Source of the DNA: Planctomycetota bacterium
Lineage (GTDB): Bacteria > Planctomycetota > SZUA-567 > H5-PLA8
Direction: 5' to 3'
DNA: 64,000 bases
NCBI GenBank assembly: GCA_038227875.1
Contig: JBBRPR010000017.1
Span: 89,191 to 153,190, forward strand
Of the stretch, positions 1-12,852 are shown piece after piece. Positions within the stretch are counted from its first letter, which is position 1. Each line of letters begins with the position of its first letter. The notes under the pieces were generated by a model. That model saw only the letters and a program-made list of their open reading frames with translations. It was not told where the DNA came from and did no database searches. The translations under genes and the position numbers were made by a program.

Positions 1-668
1 ACGTCTGTGTGCATCAACCTCAAGACAATGCACAAGCGCAGCAGTTCTCGGCGAATCTTTTCAACGGCTCGATCGCACTGGCGATTCTTGGCGCGTTCAT
101 TCTCGCGGCCAAGCGGCATCAGTTCGAAGCTTCGCTCGGCGCGCTGGCGGTGACCTGCCTGGGGCTGCTCTATATCTTTTTCTTACCATCTTTCGTCCTG
201 ACGCTCCGCCATTTAAGCCCATCGGGGCTGGTGGGCGGGGAAGGCTGGCGGGAATTCGGTCATAAGATGGTTGTAGCGACGATAGTTCTGGCCAAAGGAT
301 GCGACGTTTGGGCGTTTCTTATTGGGAAAATGTTAGGGAAACACAAAGCATTTCCTCAACTCTCCCCCGGAAAAACCATTGAGGGCCTTGCGGCAGGCCT
401 GATCGGCAGTGTCCTCACGGCACTGTTCTTACATTGGGCACCGATCGGAATTCTGACTCACTTCAGTATTACAAAGACTTGCGTGATCGGATTTTGCATC
501 GGTTTTGCGGGCATCATGGGCGACCTGTCCGAGAGTCTCCTGAAACGAAGTGCAGGGGCCAAGGACGCAGGCATGGTGATCCCCGGTTTCGGGGGTGCCA
601 TGGACGTCGTCGACAGCTTAATGGTAGCCGGACCCGTTGCCTATTTCCTAATTCAGGCTATGCTATAG
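1..668 (+). CDS. cdsA: Phosphatidate cytidylyltransferase, probably 5'-truncated by the window edge
   Basis: Hydrophobic protein with DVWAFLIG...LSPGKTIEG and GDLSESLLKRSAGAKDAG..IPGFGGAMDVVDSL, the CTP_transf_1 signature. Confidence 0.93.
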   Translation, partial: VCVHQPQDNAQAQQFSANLFNGSIALAILGAFILAAKRHQFEASLGALAVTCLGLLYIFFLPSFVLTLRHLSPSGLVGGEGWREFGHKMVVATIVLAKGCDVWAFLIGKMLGKHKAFPQLSPGKTIEGLAAGLIGSVLTALFLHWAPIGILTHFSITKTCVIGFCIGFAGIMGDLSESLLKRSAGAKDAGMVIPGFGGAMDVVDSLMVAGPVAYFLIQAML

Positions 669-759
669 GGGTCGTTTTCAGCTGTTGGCTGTGGGCTCTT
701 CAGGAGCGTAGCCAATGTGTTGCGCTCCTCTTGCTATTGGAAGCCCAGAGTCAGGACTG

Positions 760-1830
760 ATGCGAAAGACCATTGAACTCGAAGATCAGGAGACGACTCG
801 CACTCTGCTGGGCGTCGGCGACTGCAACCTCCGGCGCGTCAAAGAAGCCTTGGGCGTCGATATCTTCGCACGCAACGAGATGCTCCATCTTGAGGGCACC
901 GACGACTCGGTGGACCGCGGTGTCCGGGCGTTTTTAGGGATGCTCCGCATCATCCGCAAGAGCCAGCATTTGGAATCCCGCGATGTGGACCGCATTCTTG
1001 ATTCGGTCACCGGGGAGGACGATACGCCCGATCCCAGCCACATGAACCACAATCAGCACCACAACCAGAATCGACACGGCCGCCATGCGCGTTCGCACGG
1101 TCCGCAGGATCCCCATTACGGAACTCAAGGGCAGAACGTGACGCAGGAAGCGCATGCGCCGTCGGGCAATCAGGAAGAACGCGCCCTGGCCGGCCGCGTT
1201 CGCGCGATGACGACCGGGCAGGAGAAGTACCTCGCGGCGATCAAGAAGCACGACATTGTCTTCGCCATCGGTCCGGCGGGCTCGGGCAAGACTTATCTGG
1301 CCGTGGCCAGTGCGATTGAAGCTCTGTCGCGCAATGAAGTGAACCGCATCGTCCTCGTCCGCCCGGCCGTCGAAGCCGGCGAGCGCCTGGGCTTTCTGCC
1401 GGGCGATCTGGCGGAGAAGGTCAATCCCTACCTGCGCCCGCTGTATGATGCGCTTCACGACATGCTCAACCCGAATCAGGTCGCGCGCTACATCGAGCGG
1501 GGCGTGATCGAAATCGCGCCGCTGGCGTTCATGCGCGGCCGAACCTTGAACAATGCTTTTGTGATCCTCGACGAAGCACAGAACACCACGCCCAAGCAGA
1601 TGAAGATGTTCCTGACGCGCCTGGGCCGCGACGCGCGCGCGGTGGTGACTGGCGACGTGACACAGGTCGACTTGCCCGATGGCGATCTCTCCGGGCTGGC
1701 GCACGCGCGGGAAGTGCTGCGCGCGGTGGACGGCGTGGAGTTTGTGAAGCTCGACCGGCAGGACATTGTCCGCCACCCGCTGGTACAGCGCATCGTCGAC
1801 GCCTATGACGAAAGTGAAGGCTTGAATTGA
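760..1830 (+). CDS. phoH: PhoH-like ATPase with N-terminal KH-like region and a His/Asn-rich insertion
   Basis: GPAGSGKT Walker [39 protein letters not shown]; start taken at ATG 760. Confidence 0.93.
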   Translation: MRKTIELEDQETTRTLLGVGDCNLRRVKEALGVDIFARNEMLHLEGTDDSVDRGVRAFLGMLRIIRKSQHLESRDVDRILDSVTGEDDTPDPSHMNHNQHHNQNRHGRHARSHGPQDPHYGTQGQNVTQEAHAPSGNQEERALAGRVRAMTTGQEKYLAAIKKHDIVFAIGPAGSGKTYLAVASAIEALSRNEVNRIVLVRPAVEAGERLGFLPGDLAEKVNPYLRPLYDALHDMLNPNQVARYIERGVIEIAPLAFMRGRTLNNAFVILDEAQNTTPKQMKMFLTRLGRDARAVVTGDVTQVDLPDGDLSGLAHAREVLRAVDGVEFVKLDRQDIVRHPLVQRIVDAYDESEGLN

Positions 1831-4307
1831 AACGCGGTACGGCCAAGAAGCTGCGCGACCGCGACGATCACAATCGCAGCGCGGCGTTCACCGAAGAGAG
1901 CATCGGCCCGCTGGGCGTGATCTTCTCGTTGATCCTGATCGCAATGACTGTGGCGATCCTGGACTACGGCGTGCCGCCGCCGCCCCACGCGCTGAATTCC
2001 CGCGCTGATAACGATGTCAAAGCGCGCCTGGATTTCCGCTACAACGATCCCGACGAGCTCAACCGACTGCGTGACGAAGCCATTCAGCGCGCGCCGCGTG
2101 TTTATGTGGAAGACCCGGCGTGGGTTGATAACACGCTGCACCCCTTAAGTGAGTTGATGTCGATCGTCGATGTTGCCAGCAGCGCCGCCGACGCGCGCGA
2201 ACGCGCCAACCGCTTTCCGTCCGATCTCGCACTGATCGAAGAACTTTACAAGTACAACGAAGAGCACGGCGCGCACCGCAAGAGCTTCCTGGCCAGTACC
2301 CTTCTGGAGTACATCCGCTCGCGCTTGAAATCGATCTCCGAAACCGGCGTGCTGACTGACGAGAATCTGAAATTCGAACGCAACAAGCAGGGCGAACTGC
2401 GCGAGATCATTCGTCTGACGCCGTCCGCGGCAAAAGCCGGTCCCGCGCCTTTGCCGCGCGCCAATGAGCCGCGCCCGCGCATCCTCGTGGAGCAGCTCCG
2501 CGACATTCAATCCGCGCGCGAAACGCTGGAAAACGGCGCCTGGCGCAGCGGCTTGCCTGGCGATTTGAAATTCCAGCTCTCGAATTATTTCTCCAGCAAG
2601 CTCACCGCCAACCTGCAGCTCGATGAAACGCAGACCGACTTTGAACGTGAACGGGCGCGCGATTCGGTGGGCAGCGGCGAGATTCTCGTCCACCGCAACG
2701 ATTCGATTTTGGTCAAAGGCCAGACAATCACCAAGTCGAAGTTCGACAAGCTTCATGAAGAGTACCGCGCGTACAAACAGAGTCTGCCGTTGAGCGACCG
2801 GATCCGTCACATCACGGGTTTGGCGACGCTGGCGTTTGGCGTGTTGATGTGCTTCCTCTTCGCCGCCAGCCGCTTGCAGGAGTACGTTTTCAAGCGGCGC
2901 CAGGCGCTGGTGATGCTGGGCCTGCTCTCGATGTCGATCCTGCTCATCACCAAGCTTTACCTGCTGGCGGGCTTGAGCATTGCCCTCGCGCCGCTGGTGT
3001 TTCTGGGCATGGTCGCGTCGATTGCTTTCGGCCAATCCATTGCAGTATTGACGCTCTTTGGCGTCACCGTGCTTATTATGTTCTCGGGCATCGTGTGGGA
3101 AGCGTCGCCGATTGAAGTGGGCGTGCCGGCGCTGCCGCTGGCGATGCTCGTCGGCGCCATCGCGGCCGCGCTGCCCGCGCAGAGCTTGCAGGACCGCTGG
3201 GATCTGTTGCGCTACGGCGCGGTCGGCGGCGTGGTGCAGTTTGTGCTCACCGCCGGACTTTCGCTGCTGGGCACCGGCGTGGGCGTTCCGTCCCTTCCCG
3301 ATGCGGCCATTGTGGGCATCAATGGTCCGATCTGCGGACTGCTCGTGCTGGGTTCACTGCCGCTGATCGAATCTCTCGTCGGCATCCTCACCAACATCCG
3401 CCTCTTTGAACTCTCCGACATGAATCAGCCCGCGCTGCGCCGCTTGCAGCTCGAAGCCCCCGGCACATTCGCGCACACGCTGCAGGTGCGCTTCCTGGCC
3501 GAGCCGGCGTCCGATGCCATCGGCGCCAATACGCGACTGGTCAGTGCCGGCGTGCTCTATCACGACCTGGGCAAGACGCTTAAGCCGGAGTACTTCGTCG
3601 AGAACCAGATGGACGCGGAAAATCTGCACCGCCGGTTGCGTCCGTCCGTGAGCGCGCTGTTGATCACCGCGCACGTCAAGGATGGCATCGATCTGGCCAA
3701 GGAATACAAGCTCCCGCAGCAGATCATCGATTTCATTCCCGAACACCACGGCACGACGCTGGTGAGCTACTTCTTCCACACAGCCAAGAAGAGCGCCGAA
3801 GCGGAAGCCGTGGCGACCGGCCACGACAACGGTGCGGCCCAGGCGGTGGAAGAATCGTTCTTCCGCTATCCCGGCCCGCGTCCGCGCAGCCGCGAAACGG
3901 GCATCGTCATGCTCGCCGACACCGTCGAAGCCGCGTCACGCACGCTCTCAAGCCCCAGCGCCGCGCGTCTGCAGACGTTCGTTCACGAACTGATCATGGA
4001 CAAGATGCTCGACAACCAGCTCGACGAATGCGAACTGACGTTCGCCGATCTCTCCGCGATCGAAGACGCCTTCGTGCGCGTGCTGGTGACGCGCTTCCAC
4101 AGCCGCATCCGCTACCCGGGCCAGCTGCCGGAAGAGGGCGTGCCGCAGGAAGCGACAGGCAAGACGACGATTATCGAATCCCCGCCGCCCGGCACGATTA
4201 CGCCCAAGCCGTCGGTTGTGGAGTCGAGCACACGGAACAAGGCATTGACGGAGACGCGCTTCATGGCGCGAAAAGAAACGGGTAAAGGTTCAGGACGAGA
4301 AGCTTAA
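1827..4307 (+). CDS. 7TM-HD (HDIG) family phosphohydrolase, PgpH/YqfF-like
   Basis: N-terminal TM, large extracellular region, multi-TM block, [46 protein letters not shown]; usual position between phoH and ybeY. Confidence 0.9.
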   Translation: MKRGTAKKLRDRDDHNRSAAFTEESIGPLGVIFSLILIAMTVAILDYGVPPPPHALNSRADNDVKARLDFRYNDPDELNRLRDEAIQRAPRVYVEDPAWVDNTLHPLSELMSIVDVASSAADARERANRFPSDLALIEELYKYNEEHGAHRKSFLASTLLEYIRSRLKSISETGVLTDENLKFERNKQGELREIIRLTPSAAKAGPAPLPRANEPRPRILVEQLRDIQSARETLENGAWRSGLPGDLKFQLSNYFSSKLTANLQLDETQTDFERERARDSVGSGEILVHRNDSILVKGQTITKSKFDKLHEEYRAYKQSLPLSDRIRHITGLATLAFGVLMCFLFAASRLQEYVFKRRQALVMLGLLSMSILLITKLYLLAGLSIALAPLVFLGMVASIAFGQSIAVLTLFGVTVLIMFSGIVWEASPIEVGVPALPLAMLVGAIAAALPAQSLQDRWDLLRYGAVGGVVQFVLTAGLSLLGTGVGVPSLPDAAIVGINGPICGLLVLGSLPLIESLVGILTNIRLFELSDMNQPALRRLQLEAPGTFAHTLQVRFLAEPASDAIGANTRLVSAGVLYHDLGKTLKPEYFVENQMDAENLHRRLRPSVSALLITAHVKDGIDLAKEYKLPQQIIDFIPEHHGTTLVSYFFHTAKKSAEAEAVATGHDNGAAQAVEESFFRYPGPRPRSRETGIVMLADTVEAASRTLSSPSAARLQTFVHELIMDKMLDNQLDECELTFADLSAIEDAFVRVLVTRFHSRIRYPGQLPEEGVPQEATGKTTIIESPPPGTITPKPSVVESSTRNKALTETRFMARKETGKGSGREA

Positions 4308-4411
4308 AGCAGACCGATGATTTTAGTTGAGAGTTTTTAGTTCTATCCGCTCAATACCGGCGTAGAACTGGAGCTTGAGACTGAGATCTGTTGTTACGAA
4401 GGAAGATCGTC

Positions 4412-4915
4412 ATGCGAAAAAAGACGACACACCACGCTCTGCCCGGCGACCTGCCGGTGTTCGATGTGATGCTCGTGCGGCGCACCGGCTCGCCGGCGCG
4501 GCCGGGCAAGGACAAACTCGTGGCGCTGTTCGAGCGCACGTGGAAGCTGCTCCCCGCCAGCCGCCGGCCGGATCGCCAGGGCCTCAAGCGCGTGGCCGTC
4601 GACGTCCTCGTGGTCGACGACGCCGAAATCGAAAAGCTCAACGCCGCGCATTTGAAGGAACGCGGACCGACGGACGTGCTTTCGTTTCCGATGGGCGAGA
4701 CGGATTTTGAACGCGACGCGTTCCACCTCGGCGAGATTGTGGTCAGCTACGATACCGCCGCCCGCGAAGCGAAATCCCGCAGCCTGACGCTGGAGAACGA
4801 ACTGGCGCGCTACTGCGTCCACGGCTTTTTGCATCTCCTCGGCTACGAAGACGCGACGTCGACGCAGCAGAAGGAGATGTTTGAGATTCAGGAAAAGAGC
4901 TTGGCCGCGGAGTAA
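4412..4915 (+). CDS. ybeY: rRNA maturation endoribonuclease YbeY
   Basis: PTDVLSFP, LGEIVVS, HGFLHLLGYED (third metal ligand is Asp rather than His); synteny; start could be TTG 4391. Confidence 0.9.
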   Translation: MRKKTTHHALPGDLPVFDVMLVRRTGSPARPGKDKLVALFERTWKLLPASRRPDRQGLKRVAVDVLVVDDAEIEKLNAAHLKERGPTDVLSFPMGETDFERDAFHLGEIVVSYDTAAREAKSRSLTLENELARYCVHGFLHLLGYEDATSTQQKEMFEIQEKSLAAE

Positions 4916-4931
4916 TGGCGGCATCGCGATG

Positions 4932-5018
4932 TCGCCCCTGCCGGGGCTTATAAATTTCTAAATCTGCTACTACCCACGGCTCACGCCGTGGGCTACTTTA
5001 TTTCGCCACTCCGTGGCT
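4932..5018 (-). repeat. GTAG-type REP cluster
   Basis: Minus strand reads GTAGCCCACGGCGTGAGCCGTGGG (4973-4996); flanking small hairpins GCCCCtgccGGGGC and GCCACtccGTGGC. Confidence 0.7.
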
Positions 5019-5066
5019 TACGGACTACGCCACAGTACGAAATAATGCTGAGAACTCGATGTATCC

Positions 5067-5918
5067 ATGCCAACGCTCAAAGACAACGTCCAAGTTCTCT
5101 CCGTGATCGAGCAAGGCAACACCAGTCTCGTGCTGGTGATGCTGGGCGAACACGTCGGGCAGATTCATGTTCATGCCAAAGGCGGGCGGCGCTGGCCGAA
5201 AAAAGGGTTTGAAGGCGGCATGGATCTGCTGACCCGCGGCGAGATCGTCGTCTATCCCCGCCCCGGCGAGATGCTCTGGCTGCTCAAGGAATGGAACGAG
5301 CAGTCGCGCCCGCGCTTGGGGCGCACCGTGCCGATGCTTTACGCTGCCAGTTTCCTAAGCGAGCTCACGCAAGCGCTGACGCGGTCGACGACGGGGCAGT
5401 CGCCGGAACATGCGCACGCTCACGGCCACGGCGCGAACGGCGCGGCCAAGCTCTACCATTTGCTGGCCGCTACTACAGACGCCATCGCCGCCGGAGCGTC
5501 GCCGGGGCCGGTGATCCTCGCCTTCACGCTGCGCGCGCTGGAAAGCGAAGGCTTTCTGCCCTCGCTGAAATCCTGCGACGAATGCGGTCGCGATCTTGCC
5601 AAATTGTCCACGCCTGCCTGGCTGACGCGCGCCGGACTGATCTGCGCGACCTGCGCTCTGGAAGCGACGCGCGCGATGGGCAAGAGCGGCAATCCCGGCA
5701 ACGACATCGGCCTGCGGCTCACCCCCGACGTGCTGCGCGCGCTGATCCACATTCACGCCACCGGACTTCCCGTAAGTTTAAGCCCCACCGGTGCCGACCA
5801 ACTCGCCCGCGCGCTGGTCGTGCTGATTCACAGCGCGCTGGAACATGACCTGCGCACGCTGCCGGCCGCCGTGCGAATGGTGCGCAGCATGGGCGGGCGG
5901 GCGAAGAAGAAACCGTGA
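5067..5918 (+). CDS. recO: DNA repair protein RecO
   Basis: N-terminal OB-like region with AKGGRR, YAASFLSEL, C4 zinc finger CDEC...CATC; synteny after ybeY. Confidence 0.85.
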   Translation: MPTLKDNVQVLSVIEQGNTSLVLVMLGEHVGQIHVHAKGGRRWPKKGFEGGMDLLTRGEIVVYPRPGEMLWLLKEWNEQSRPRLGRTVPMLYAASFLSELTQALTRSTTGQSPEHAHAHGHGANGAAKLYHLLAATTDAIAAGASPGPVILAFTLRALESEGFLPSLKSCDECGRDLAKLSTPAWLTRAGLICATCALEATRAMGKSGNPGNDIGLRLTPDVLRALIHIHATGLPVSLSPTGADQLARALVVLIHSALEHDLRTLPAAVRMVRSMGGRAKKKP

Positions 5919-5920
5919 CT

Positions 5921-6021
5921 TTCCATTTTCCATTGCACGGCCGTCGCGAAGTCATTGTGCATCGGCCGAGCGGACCGTTCCGATGGAAAATGGGAAATGG
6001 AAAATGACCGATGGAAAATGC
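5921..6021. repeat. Inverted pair of CATTTTC/GAAAATG heptamer runs (copy 1 of 2)
   Basis: ttccattttccattg ... gatggaaaatgggaaatggaaaatgaccgatggaaaatgc; same layout, opposite orientation, at 12748-12843. Confidence 0.75.
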
Positions 6022-6090
6022 TTTTGAAGCCCGTCTTCCGGACACGGTCTATTCCCTAATACCCGGTCCGACTTCGGCCGATACACCTGG

Positions 6091-6189
6091 GGCAGCCCTC
6101 GAAAGGATTTTTGGCCGACGCCGTGATACGCCTCTACAGCCAGGCGTTTCACGGACCCTCAGGCGGAAAGACGCTTTTAACGGGCTGCC
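6091..6189 (+). mobile_element. About 100-bp MITE-like element, family A copy 1
   Basis: Ends GGCAGCCC...TTAACGGGCTGCC with central hairpin CCGTGAtACGCC...GGCGTTTCACGG; related copies at 36822 and 47941. Confidence 0.7.
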
Positions 6190-6240
6190 AGGGGCTTAAT
6201 TCGATTGCGTTCACACGTCACTAAGTTAAAGATATTGCCT

Positions 6241-7215
6241 ATGTTAACACGGGTGGGCCTGGTTTTGGTGCTCTGCGCGGCGGTGCTGCGTTGCGGCGTC
6301 GCGTTTGCCGCGGCGGCGGGCGCGGATGACGATTTGGCCGATTGGGCCAACGAAGGCAAGTGGCCGCGCGGACCTCAGGCCGTCGAACCCACGCCCGAAA
6401 AGCAGGAAGTCAAAGCCAAGCGGCTGCAAGGCATCGGCGACAGCCGCCAGGCGGCTGATCAGTTCAGGCGACTGGCCGACGTCTACAGCGAATCGACAGA
6501 AGCCGAAGAAGGCCTGATTCTGTCCGCCAAGAATTACCTCGCGGCCGGCGATTTCACGCACTGCCGCGAAGAAATCAATGAACTGCGCCGCCGCTACGCC
6601 AACCCCACGTTCCTCGACGCCATCGGCGAAGTCGAAATCGCGCTGGGCCGCGGGTTCCTCGAAGGCAAGGGCGAAGGCGGTACATACACGCTCAAGAGCC
6701 GCCTGCGCAAAGCCAACGCGATCTTCCAGCGGCAGCTCGACAGCGACCCGCAAGGCCGCTGGGCTGCCGATGCGCTCTTCGGCCTGGGCCAGTGCGCTCA
6801 GGTGATCCACGACTACACGCTTGCAATCAAGAATTACAAGCTGCTGCTGGAGAAGTACCCGCGCTCCGAACTGCGCGCCGAAGCGGAAGGCAACATCGCC
6901 ATCTGTATCAGCCGCCGCGACCCGACGCCGGAAAAGACCGAGTCGGACACCGAAGAAGCGCAGCGCCGCATCAAGCAGGCCTTCGATGAAGCTGCCAGCG
7001 AAGACGTGGACCTGGACATTGAAGCGCTGAAGGAAAACGAAACGATCCTGAAAGAACGCCAGGCCCGCAAGCGCTACGAACAAGCCTTGTTCTATGAGAA
7101 GAACGCGCATTTCCACGCCGCAGAAGTCTACCTGGAACTCGTCCGCGACCGCTTCCCCGACACGCCGTGGGCGGAGAAGGCGAAGGCGGAGTTGGAGAAG
7201 ATTCGAAAGCGGTAG
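6241..7215 (+). CDS. Secreted TPR protein, BamD/YfiO-like
   Basis: Signal-like N-terminus; TPR motifs ADALFGLGQC..DYTLAIKNYKLLLEKYPRSE and ALFYEK..AAEVYLELVRDRFPDTPWA; upstream of lptE. Confidence 0.75.
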   Translation: MLTRVGLVLVLCAAVLRCGVAFAAAAGADDDLADWANEGKWPRGPQAVEPTPEKQEVKAKRLQGIGDSRQAADQFRRLADVYSESTEAEEGLILSAKNYLAAGDFTHCREEINELRRRYANPTFLDAIGEVEIALGRGFLEGKGEGGTYTLKSRLRKANAIFQRQLDSDPQGRWAADALFGLGQCAQVIHDYTLAIKNYKLLLEKYPRSELRAEAEGNIAICISRRDPTPEKTESDTEEAQRRIKQAFDEAASEDVDLDIEALKENETILKERQARKRYEQALFYEKNAHFHAAEVYLELVRDRFPDTPWAEKAKAELEKIRKR

Positions 7216-7220
7216 ACGGG

Positions 7221-7337
7221 TAGTTTTGAATTTTGAATTTTTAGTTTTGAGTTGTGTTAGATCAGGTAATTCGTGTGGGTCTGGAGAAAAGGTTTTGAGT
7301 TGCCGCAACGTAACTAAGACCTAAAAACTCAAAACTG
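7221..7337. repeat. TTTTGA(A/G) heptamer runs with inverted partner
   Basis: agttttgaattttgaatttttagttttgagt ... ctaaaaactcaaaact; degenerate relatives near 4320, 15245 and 45639. Confidence 0.65.
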
Positions 7338-7358
7338 TTTGTAAAAACGCTGTCCGTC

Positions 7359-7895
7359 ATGGAGCTGAAATCAATGTCCGTCCGGTTTACTGCACTCTGT
7401 CTCGCGCTCGCTATCCTCATCTCCGGCTGCGCTTACACCACCAAAAACGGCCTGCCGCCGCACCTGAAGTCGATCGCGGTGCCGGTCTTCAACAACAAGA
7501 CGTACGTGGAAGATTACACGCGCAAGCTGGAAGTCGAAATCACCGACGCGACGCGCAAGGTGTTCGTCCAGTCCGGCGAACTGAAGCTGGCGGGGCGCGA
7601 AGACGCGGATTTGATCCTGGAGGCGGACGTCGAAAAGCTTGACCGCGAAATTCTGCGTACCGACCGGTACGGCGATCCGGCGGAAATCCGTATCGTAATC
7701 CGCTGCCGCATGAGCCTCTACGACGTCAAGGAAGCCAAGTACCTGCTCAAGAATCTGCTGGTGACCAACGGTGACCGGTCCAGCGAGTCGGGAGTGTACA
7801 GTCTGCGACGCGGTGAAACCGAAGACCTGGTCCGCGTCAAGGCCGTGGAAGACATGGGTCGTGTTATTGCGCACCGGGTCGTTGAAAAATGGTAG
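7359..7895 (+). CDS. lptE: LPS assembly lipoprotein LptE
   Basis: Lipobox ISGC followed by AYTTKNGLPPHLKSIAVPVFNNKT, and EDADLIL, typical of LptE-family proteins. Confidence 0.8.
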   Translation: MELKSMSVRFTALCLALAILISGCAYTTKNGLPPHLKSIAVPVFNNKTYVEDYTRKLEVEITDATRKVFVQSGELKLAGREDADLILEADVEKLDREILRTDRYGDPAEIRIVIRCRMSLYDVKEAKYLLKNLLVTNGDRSSESGVYSLRRGETEDLVRVKAVEDMGRVIAHRVVEKW

Positions 7896-8126
7896 GATAG
7901 GAACAGGTGCAAAGACGTTCCGATTTTTGGACGGCAGCGCATTCGTTGTGAGTTTACTGCAACACTTCGACAGCCAAGATTTTATGAATAAAAGCACATG
8001 TTTGTGCATTGAATTGATGTGGGAAAAGCTTCCAGCCGGACCCCCTGAAATCAATGGACATGTGCTGGCGTAGAAGCTAACATTTCCGAGTGGTGAGATT
8101 CCTCCTCGAACACTGGAGTACATCAG

Positions 8127-10199
<2,073 letters not shown>

Positions 10200-10210
10200 A
10201 TTTCAACCTG

Positions 10211-10255
10211 TGCGCGAAGCCACCCGAGTGTGGCTTCGCGCATAGTGCTGTTTTT
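10211..10255 (+). terminator. Probable intrinsic terminator after ftsH
   Basis: 13-bp stem TGCGCGAAGCCAC/GTGGCTTCGCGCA with 6-nt loop; T run a few bases downstream. Confidence 0.6.
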
Positions 10256-10339
10256 GGGACATTTACGGCTTGACTTATTTTTAGAACGGACTAAGACGGC
10301 GTCTTCAGACAACAAACGAAACTCCGGAAAAAGGCGCTT

Positions 10340-11467
10340 ATGGGTCTGTTTGACGTATTCAAAACCTGGCGCTCGACGACCCGCATCAAATCGCTGGAGT
10401 CGTCTATGCAGGGCCGGCCGACACCGGGCCTGTATCTGCAGCTGGCGGACGCCCACAAAGAAGCCGGGAACTCGCAGAAAGCTGCACAGGTGCTTAAGTT
10501 AGGCGCCGCGCGCTTTCCCAGTGCCCCGGAGATCATCCGCCGCCAGGCTGAAGCTGAAAAAATTGAACGCGAGAACGAAAAGAAGCGCCTGATCGAAAAG
10601 ATCCAGACGCACCCCAATCCCATTCTGTACGCGCGCCTGGCCGAACTGTTCAAGGCGGACAACGAACTCGAAAAGACCATCGACACGTGCCAGAAGGGCA
10701 TCCGGGCGTTCCCCAAGTATGGTGGCACGTATTTGGTGCTCGGTCAGATCTACGTCGAGAAGAAGCAGTGGCAGGAAGCCGTCACCCAGCTTGAAAAATC
10801 AGTCGAGCTCGACAAGTACAACTACCTCGCGTTGAAGCTGCTGGCTCAGGTCTACATGGAACTGACCCGCCCGGCCGACGCGGCGCAGCGCCTGGAAGAC
10901 ATCCTCTACTTCGCGCCCGGCGACGAAGCGATCCTCGAACTGCTCAAGAAGGCCAAGGAAAAAGCCGGCCAGCCGTTTGAAACGCGCAAGGCCAGCATGA
11001 GCGGCCAGCATGCGGCGACGTCGGCCAACAAGAGCGGCGAACAGTCCGGCGTCCGCAAGACCATCCGCATCGGCAAGCTTCAGAACCAGCAGCGTGGCGG
11101 CGGCACCAGCGAACGCGATAAGGCGCTCAACGATGGCGTGATCGCGCTGCGCACCGTGGCGGGCGTCACCGGCGCGATTCTCGTCGATCAGTACGGCCTC
11201 GTGGTCGCCGCCGATCTGGATTCTTCGATTGATGAAGGCCTGGCTGGCGCGCTGATCACCAATGTCTACCGCACCGCCAGCGGCAACGCCGTGAAGCTCA
11301 ATGTCGGCACCTTTGAAGAAGGCTTGATCGAAGGCGACAAGGGCAACATTCACATCGTTCAGCTGGACGAAATGATTCTCGCCGTCTTCGCCAAGTCCGA
11401 CGTGAAGATGGGGCTGCTCGAAAAGAGCATCCGCGATTTCGCCTCGAACCTGATGCAGCAGAAGTAA
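10340..11467 (+). CDS. TPR protein fused to a C-terminal Roadblock/LC7 (MglB-like) domain
   Basis: TPR helices (YLVLGQIYVEKKQWQEAVTQLEKSVELD), linker, then GVTGAILVDQYGLVVAADL...VKMGLL. Confidence 0.8.
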   Translation: MGLFDVFKTWRSTTRIKSLESSMQGRPTPGLYLQLADAHKEAGNSQKAAQVLKLGAARFPSAPEIIRRQAEAEKIERENEKKRLIEKIQTHPNPILYARLAELFKADNELEKTIDTCQKGIRAFPKYGGTYLVLGQIYVEKKQWQEAVTQLEKSVELDKYNYLALKLLAQVYMELTRPADAAQRLEDILYFAPGDEAILELLKKAKEKAGQPFETRKASMSGQHAATSANKSGEQSGVRKTIRIGKLQNQQRGGGTSERDKALNDGVIALRTVAGVTGAILVDQYGLVVAADLDSSIDEGLAGALITNVYRTASGNAVKLNVGTFEEGLIEGDKGNIHIVQLDEMILAVFAKSDVKMGLLEKSIRDFASNLMQQK

Positions 11468-11485
11468 GCCCGGGGATCTGAATCA

Positions 11486-11833
11486 GTGAAAGACATTCTC
11501 GCCAAGCTCAACAAGACCAATGGCGTCCGCGGCTCCATGGTCGTCAACCGCGACGGCATCGTGGTCCACAGCGATTTTTCTGTTGAGATTCAAGAGAAGA
11601 GCGTCGGTGCTGTTTCCTCGTCGATCCTGGCCGCGCTGGAAGGCGCGCTGAAGCGCATCGACATGGGCAAGTTCACCCGCTTCGTGATCACCGGCAGCGA
11701 AGGCAAGGTCGCGATGGTCAACGCCGGCCAGACCATCCTGCTGGTGCTGCTGCAGCCGGACATCAACGTCGGCATGGTTAACGTGGATATCAAAGAAGCC
11801 GCCGCGGCCGTGCTCGAACGTTCGAAGATGTAG
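11486..11833 (+). CDS. Roadblock/LC7 domain protein (MglB-like)
   Basis: ILAKLNKTNGVRGSMVVNRDGIVVHSDF ... INVGMV; 115 aa. Confidence 0.85.
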   Translation: MKDILAKLNKTNGVRGSMVVNRDGIVVHSDFSVEIQEKSVGAVSSSILAALEGALKRIDMGKFTRFVITGSEGKVAMVNAGQTILLVLLQPDINVGMVNVDIKEAAAAVLERSKM

Positions 11834-11898
11834 CCGTTGCTGCGAATCAAGCCCTCTCTGCATCAAGTCAACACCCTTCCTGATCGATACTCTAGTTC

Positions 11899-12747
11899 AT
11901 GACCATCGTTGATATCACCATTCTGGCGCTCGTTCAGGGCGCGGCCGAATTGCTTCCGGTCTCCAGCTCCGCCCACGTCATCCTCGCCGGGCGGCAATTG
12001 GGCGTCGATCTGAAATCGCCGGCATTCCATTTCCTGATGGCGATGCTCCACACCGGCACGATGGGCGCCGTGATCGTCTTCTTCTTCAAGCGCTGGAAGG
12101 CGCTGCTGACCGGTGAGAAAAGCCGCCGCAACGCGTTCATCGTCAACGTCATCATCGCCACTGCGGCGACCGGAATCGTCGGCTTCGGCCTGAAGCACGT
12201 GATCGAACACGACATGCTTGACGGGCGACCGATCGAAGACCTCTTCGCGAATCTGAAATTGATCGCCACCGCGCTGGCCCTCGTCGGGGTTTTTATTCTC
12301 TTCTCCGCGCGCCAGGAACGCCTCACGCCAAACAAGACGCCCCTTTCGTACTCCGGATCCTTCATCATCGGCTTCGTGCAGGGAATCTGCATTCCCTTCC
12401 GCGGCTTCTCACGTTCGGGCGCGACGATTTCGATGGGGATGATTCTCGGCCACACCAAGGACCTCGCCGAGGAATTCAGCTTTGCTCTGGCCGTCGTGAT
12501 CACGCCGGCCGTGATCGTGCGCGAAGCCTGGCGACTCCACAAGGATCAAGTCAATCCTGCAGTCGAACACCTGACGCTCAACCTCTCCGTCTTCGGTCCC
12601 GGCTTGCTCGGCATGGTGTTGAGCTTCGTGAGCGGCATGATCGCGCTGCGCTTCCTGGCCAGCTGGCTCGAGAAAGGCCGCTGGAGCTATTTCGGCTACT
12701 ACTGCATTGCGCTGGCCGGCGTATTTTTATATCTGAGCCGAAACTGA
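11899..12747 (+). CDS. uppP: Undecaprenyl-diphosphate phosphatase
   Basis: LVQGAAELLPVSSSAH, LHTGT, RGFSRSGATI, AEEFSFALA. Confidence 0.93.
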   Translation: MTIVDITILALVQGAAELLPVSSSAHVILAGRQLGVDLKSPAFHFLMAMLHTGTMGAVIVFFFKRWKALLTGEKSRRNAFIVNVIIATAATGIVGFGLKHVIEHDMLDGRPIEDLFANLKLIATALALVGVFILFSARQERLTPNKTPLSYSGSFIIGFVQGICIPFRGFSRSGATISMGMILGHTKDLAEEFSFALAVVITPAVIVREAWRLHKDQVNPAVEHLTLNLSVFGPGLLGMVLSFVSGMIALRFLASWLEKGRWSYFGYYCIALAGVFLYLSRN

Positions 12748-12843
12748 GCATTTTCCATTTTCCATTTCTCATTTTCCATCGAACAGCAACGTGACCAATC
12801 ACGTGTCGCTTCCGCAACGCTGTTCAATGGAAAATGGAAAATG
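12748..12843. repeat. Inverted CATTTTC/GAAAATG heptamer runs (copy 2 of 2)
   Basis: gcattttccattttccatttctcattttccatc ... caatggaaaatggaaaatg between convergent genes. Confidence 0.75.
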
Positions 12844-12852
12844 ATCCGTTTC

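Noticed and set aside
4820..4852. YbeY lacking its third His as a sign of inactivation
   Set aside because: Asp can ligate metal and I recall Asp-ending variants in other phyla; the gene is otherwise intact and syntenic
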